64,000 bases of DNA, from positions 97,962,001 to 98,026,000 of the forward strand of contig NW_024704743.1 of the NCBI RefSeq assembly GCF_018977255.1, in the 5' to 3' direction. A model generated the notes under the pieces. It was not told the origin of the DNA. It ran no database searches and saw only the letters and a program-made list of their open reading frames with translations. The DNA is from Callorhinchus milii (lineage: Eukaryota). A program made the position numbers and the translations under genes. This document shows positions 63,201 to 64,000 of the stretch, piece after piece (within the stretch, counting starts at the first letter, position 1; each line of letters opens with the position of its first letter).

Positions 63201-63832
63201 TCGTCAGTCTTTTGTGGCAAGATGAAAAGGCTAGTCGCAAAAGCCAAATTGACAGCAAGAAAAATGCATGAAATTTATGTTCTAATTATTAATCCAAAAA
63301 TTATTGCCAAGAAATCCAAAGCAGTTAATTAATGCTGTTAATTAATCAGAATTAAAACTGATTAGCTTTACTACATTTTCAAAGCACCCGTCACATCACC
63401 TGTTACACCAGTTGAAGAATATAACTTTGTCTGATGTTGCTCAAAAAGGTGGTTTCATCGCAAATTCAGCCCCCCCGTCCCAAAGCAGCAGTTTAACATT
63501 TCTGTTGCCCACACCGACCATTGCTCTATTGACAATGTGTAGCAAGAAATTCAGGAAGTAAATTGCTAGTGAAGACCAATTAGTATTTAGATCTATAAAT
63601 TTCATCTTGCAAAATTGTAAGAACGTATCCCTGAGGGATTGGCGCTTGTCTTTCATTGATTGCCATTATTCTTTTCGTCCATCAGGAACTTTATTCGCAG
63701 TCCTATGACTCTGTTGCAGTGATGTTTGCATCAATTCCAGGATTTGCAGATTTCTACTCTCAAACCGAGATGAATAACCAAGGAGTGGAATGTTTACGTT
63801 TGCTGAATGAAATAATTGCTGATTTTGATGAG
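25399..63832 (+). CDS. ADCY8: Adenylate cyclase type 8 (Ca2+/calmodulin-stimulated), spliced CDS exons 1-15, 3'-incomplete: join(25399..26259,28371..28520,34078..34208,35339..35450,38683..38810,40658..40816,40974..41244,50112..50309,50818..50918,53133..53334,55626..55715,56203..56375,59652..59730,61941..62099,63686..63832)
   Basis: All 15 exons have GT-AG boundaries and compatible phases, giving 2961 nt of open frame. The translation has the AC8-type N-terminus [31 protein letters not shown], transmembrane cluster 1, C1a motifs ([49 protein letters not shown]), C1b, transmembrane cluster 2 and the start of C2a ([26 protein letters not shown]). Confidence 0.98.
26310..26352. repeat. (GT)n microsatellite at the start of intron 1
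   Basis: Direct reading. Confidence 0.9.
28371..28520 (+). CDS. ADCY8: ADCY8 exon 2 (150 nt), VIAESVLF...RLETENQRQ
   Basis: Acceptor ttgtttcag; donor CAG|gtaggg; phase 0-0. Confidence 0.97.
29420..29900 (+). mobile_element. L2-clade LINE fragment in intron 2
   Basis: [38 protein letters not shown]. Confidence 0.85.
34078..34208 (+). CDS. ADCY8: ADCY8 exon 3 (131 nt), [12 protein letters not shown]...[11 protein letters not shown](S)
   Basis: Acceptor aattaag; donor AG|gtaaga; phase 0-2. Confidence 0.96.
35339..35450 (+). CDS. ADCY8: ADCY8 exon 4 (112 nt), [13 protein letters not shown]...FARFDRLAH
   Basis: Acceptor ttatttag; donor CAT|gtaagt; contains the first metal-binding Asp of C1a. 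Confidence 0.97.
36185..36480 (+). mobile_element. Deu-domain SINE (older family). Other plus copies or fragments: ~8965-9308, 10785-11020, 19640-19970, 26610-26842, 31420-31755, 35775-36050, 42730-42955, 51130-51355
   Basis: Shared core tgagatgt.aaacc.aggtcccatctgcctgttcag.tgga.gttaaagatccca and the L2-like tail. Confidence 0.8.
38683..38810 (+). CDS. ADCY8: ADCY8 exon 5 (128 nt), [19 protein letters not shown]...MIKTI(R)
   Basis: Acceptor cattttag; donor AG|gtaatt; GDCY motif. Confidence 0.97.
39790..40385 (+). mobile_element. L2-clade LINE 3' fragment in intron 5
   Basis: [17 protein letters not shown]; tail gaaaggcgctatataaatg. Confidence 0.85.
40658..40816 (+). CDS. ADCY8: ADCY8 exon 6 (159 nt), [19 protein letters not shown]...LESGGIP(G)
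   Basis: Long pyrimidine tract then ccaatag; donor GG|gtaact. Confidence 0.97.
40974..41244 (+). CDS. ADCY8: ADCY8 exon 7 (271 nt), RIHISKATL...[13 protein letters not shown]
   Basis: Acceptor tttgcag; donor AAC|gtaaga. Confidence 0.96.
43310..43350 (+). mobile_element. Possible hAT/Charlie-type DNA transposon end remnant; a similar remnant may lie at 10566-10783
   Basis: ccaaactgcagcccgcgggccag and cagtcggtggccaacc resemble hAT subterminal motifs; no paired TIR confirmed. Confidence 0.3.
43960..44555 (+). mobile_element. L2-clade LINE 3' fragment in intron 7
   Basis: Homologous to the 57635-58270 segment; intact 3' tail. Confidence 0.87.
46781..47033. mobile_element. Inverted pair of an unclassified ~75-bp repeat (MITE-like) with a nested LINE tail
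   Basis: Left arm ttgtcttaaaat...cttaatttggaggct; right arm reverse-complemented reads ttgtcttgaaat...cttaatttggaagcc; insert 46841-46932 is flanked by GAGGCT. Confidence 0.6.
48941..49272 (+). mobile_element. tRNA(Ala)-derived SINE, short subfamily, with a 13-bp 5' duplication
   Basis: Near-identical to the 51450 copy; tcagtcctgtagc occurs twice at its start. Confidence 0.92.
50112..50309 (+). CDS. ADCY8: ADCY8 exon 8 (198 nt, C1b), TLAALTRNS...FKDSGLEEK
   Basis: Acceptor ttccctag; donor AAG|gtagct; symmetric phase 0-0. Confidence 0.96.
50818..50918 (+). CDS. ADCY8: ADCY8 exon 9 (101 nt), [17 protein letters not shown]...LPTS(R)
   Basis: Acceptor ctcttccag; donor AG|gtaagt. Confidence 0.96.
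51450..51774 (+). mobile_element. tRNA(Ala)-derived SINE, young short subfamily, full length
   Basis: A box TAGCTCAGTGG; anticodon arm CTCGC-TTTGCAA-GCGAG; B-box-like GTTCAGTTCC; Deu-like core gacattgttgtgcgcaattggctgccgcg; L2-like 3' end; (TTA)n tail. Confidence 0.92.
53133..53334 (+). CDS. ADCY8: ADCY8 exon 10 (202 nt), TLPMVIQF...FLGAVINI
   Basis: Acceptor ctctctttag; donor ATA|gtatgt; hydrophobic transmembrane segments. Confidence 0.96.
54283..54400 (-). mobile_element. CR1-type 3' tail fragment; similar remnants lie near 11090-11172(+), 34570-34650(+), 53560-53700(+) and 61180-61290(-)
   Basis: aggaggccattcggcccat hairpin motif shared with the 6159 copy. Confidence 0.65.
55626..55715 (+). 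CDS. ADCY8: ADCY8 exon 11 (90 nt), [30 protein letters not shown], extracellular glycosylated loop
   Basis: Acceptor ttctttcttcag; donor GAG|gtattt; phase 0-0; two N-x-T sequons. Confidence 0.95.
56203..56375 (+). CDS. ADCY8: ADCY8 exon 12 (173 nt), [21 protein letters not shown]...HHNG(E)
   Basis: Acceptor ctgtttag; donor GA|gtgagt. Confidence 0.96.
57635..59370 (-). mobile_element. L2-clade LINE, 5'-truncated and frameshifted ORF2 (reverse transcriptase to 3' tail)
   Basis: Overlapping minus-strand ORFs give [69 protein letters not shown] and [14 protein letters not shown]; ends in a 3' stem-loop and (TTG)n tail. Confidence 0.93.
59652..59730 (+). CDS. ADCY8: ADCY8 exon 13 (79 nt), [26 protein letters not shown]
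   Basis: Acceptor tgtagcag (tandem TAG/CAG); donor CAG|gtactg. Confidence 0.94.
59985..60290 (+). mobile_element. tRNA-derived SINE, short subfamily, 5'-truncated
   Basis: Near-identical to the 48941 copy from the anticodon loop onward; long (TTA)n tail. Confidence 0.92.
60637..60881 (+). mobile_element. SINE, short subfamily, head-less
   Basis: Runs from gggcgaaaccttgggcaagtttcc to the (TTA)n tail. Confidence 0.9.
61358..61937 (+). mobile_element. L2-clade LINE 3' fragment abutting the exon 14 acceptor
   Basis: [30 protein letters not shown]; the tail gaaagcgctatataaatgcaattcattattgttgttgt runs straight into ttag|exon. Confidence 0.9.
61941..62099 (+). CDS. ADCY8: ADCY8 exon 14 (159 nt), [15 protein letters not shown]...[19 protein letters not shown]
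   Basis: Acceptor ttgttgtttag; donor GAT|gtaagt. Confidence 0.96.
62320..62535 (+). mobile_element. Degenerate L2 3' fragment in intron 14
   Basis: ccatctcaagacatacctctttgac and a recognisable tail. Confidence 0.65.
63686..63832 (+). CDS. ADCY8: ADCY8 exon 15 (147 nt), [20 protein letters not shown]...EIIADFDE, start of C2a
   Basis: Acceptor ttttcgtccatcag; donor GAG|gtaact. Confidence 0.97.
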
Positions 63833-64000
63833 GTAACTTTAAAATCATCAGTAGTATATAATATAAATGCTTTAACAAGATCTTATCCTATTATTTTATC
63901 TATTCTCCACCCTTCCCCCCCATCCCACCAGGCTCGGGTGAAGCTTGTGAAGCTTTGTTATTTACTGATGGCTTTGTTATGTCACTTGTGTGAAATAAAC

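Overview
Vertebrate genomic DNA, AT-rich and dense in repeats. The L2, CR1 and Deu-type SINE repertoire suggests a cartilaginous fish; that is inference, not a database result. The one protein-coding gene is adenylate cyclase type 8 (ADCY8) on the + strand. Coding exons 1-15 (25399-63832, 2961 nt, 987 codons) join in one open frame across GT-AG introns, and the gene continues past the window end. Upstream lies a CpG-rich promoter/5' leader with a perfect CRE (TGACGTCA, 24205-24212), three different minisatellites and a uORF. The first ~23 kb is intergenic. Almost all other ORFs in the track are chance, low-complexity or retroelement-derived. The most notable observations are: (1) an L2 LINE appears to have inserted exactly at the intron 13/exon 14 junction, with its own (TTG)n tail now forming the 3' splice-site region; (2) intron 7 holds two candidate cassette/poison exons; (3) an unclassified ~75-bp dispersed element occurs six times, once as an inverted pair; (4) there is a U2 snRNA 5' fragment; (5) retroelements inside the gene are strongly biased to the sense strand. 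I found no evidence for a new multi-gene system. Repeat boundaries were estimated by eye.
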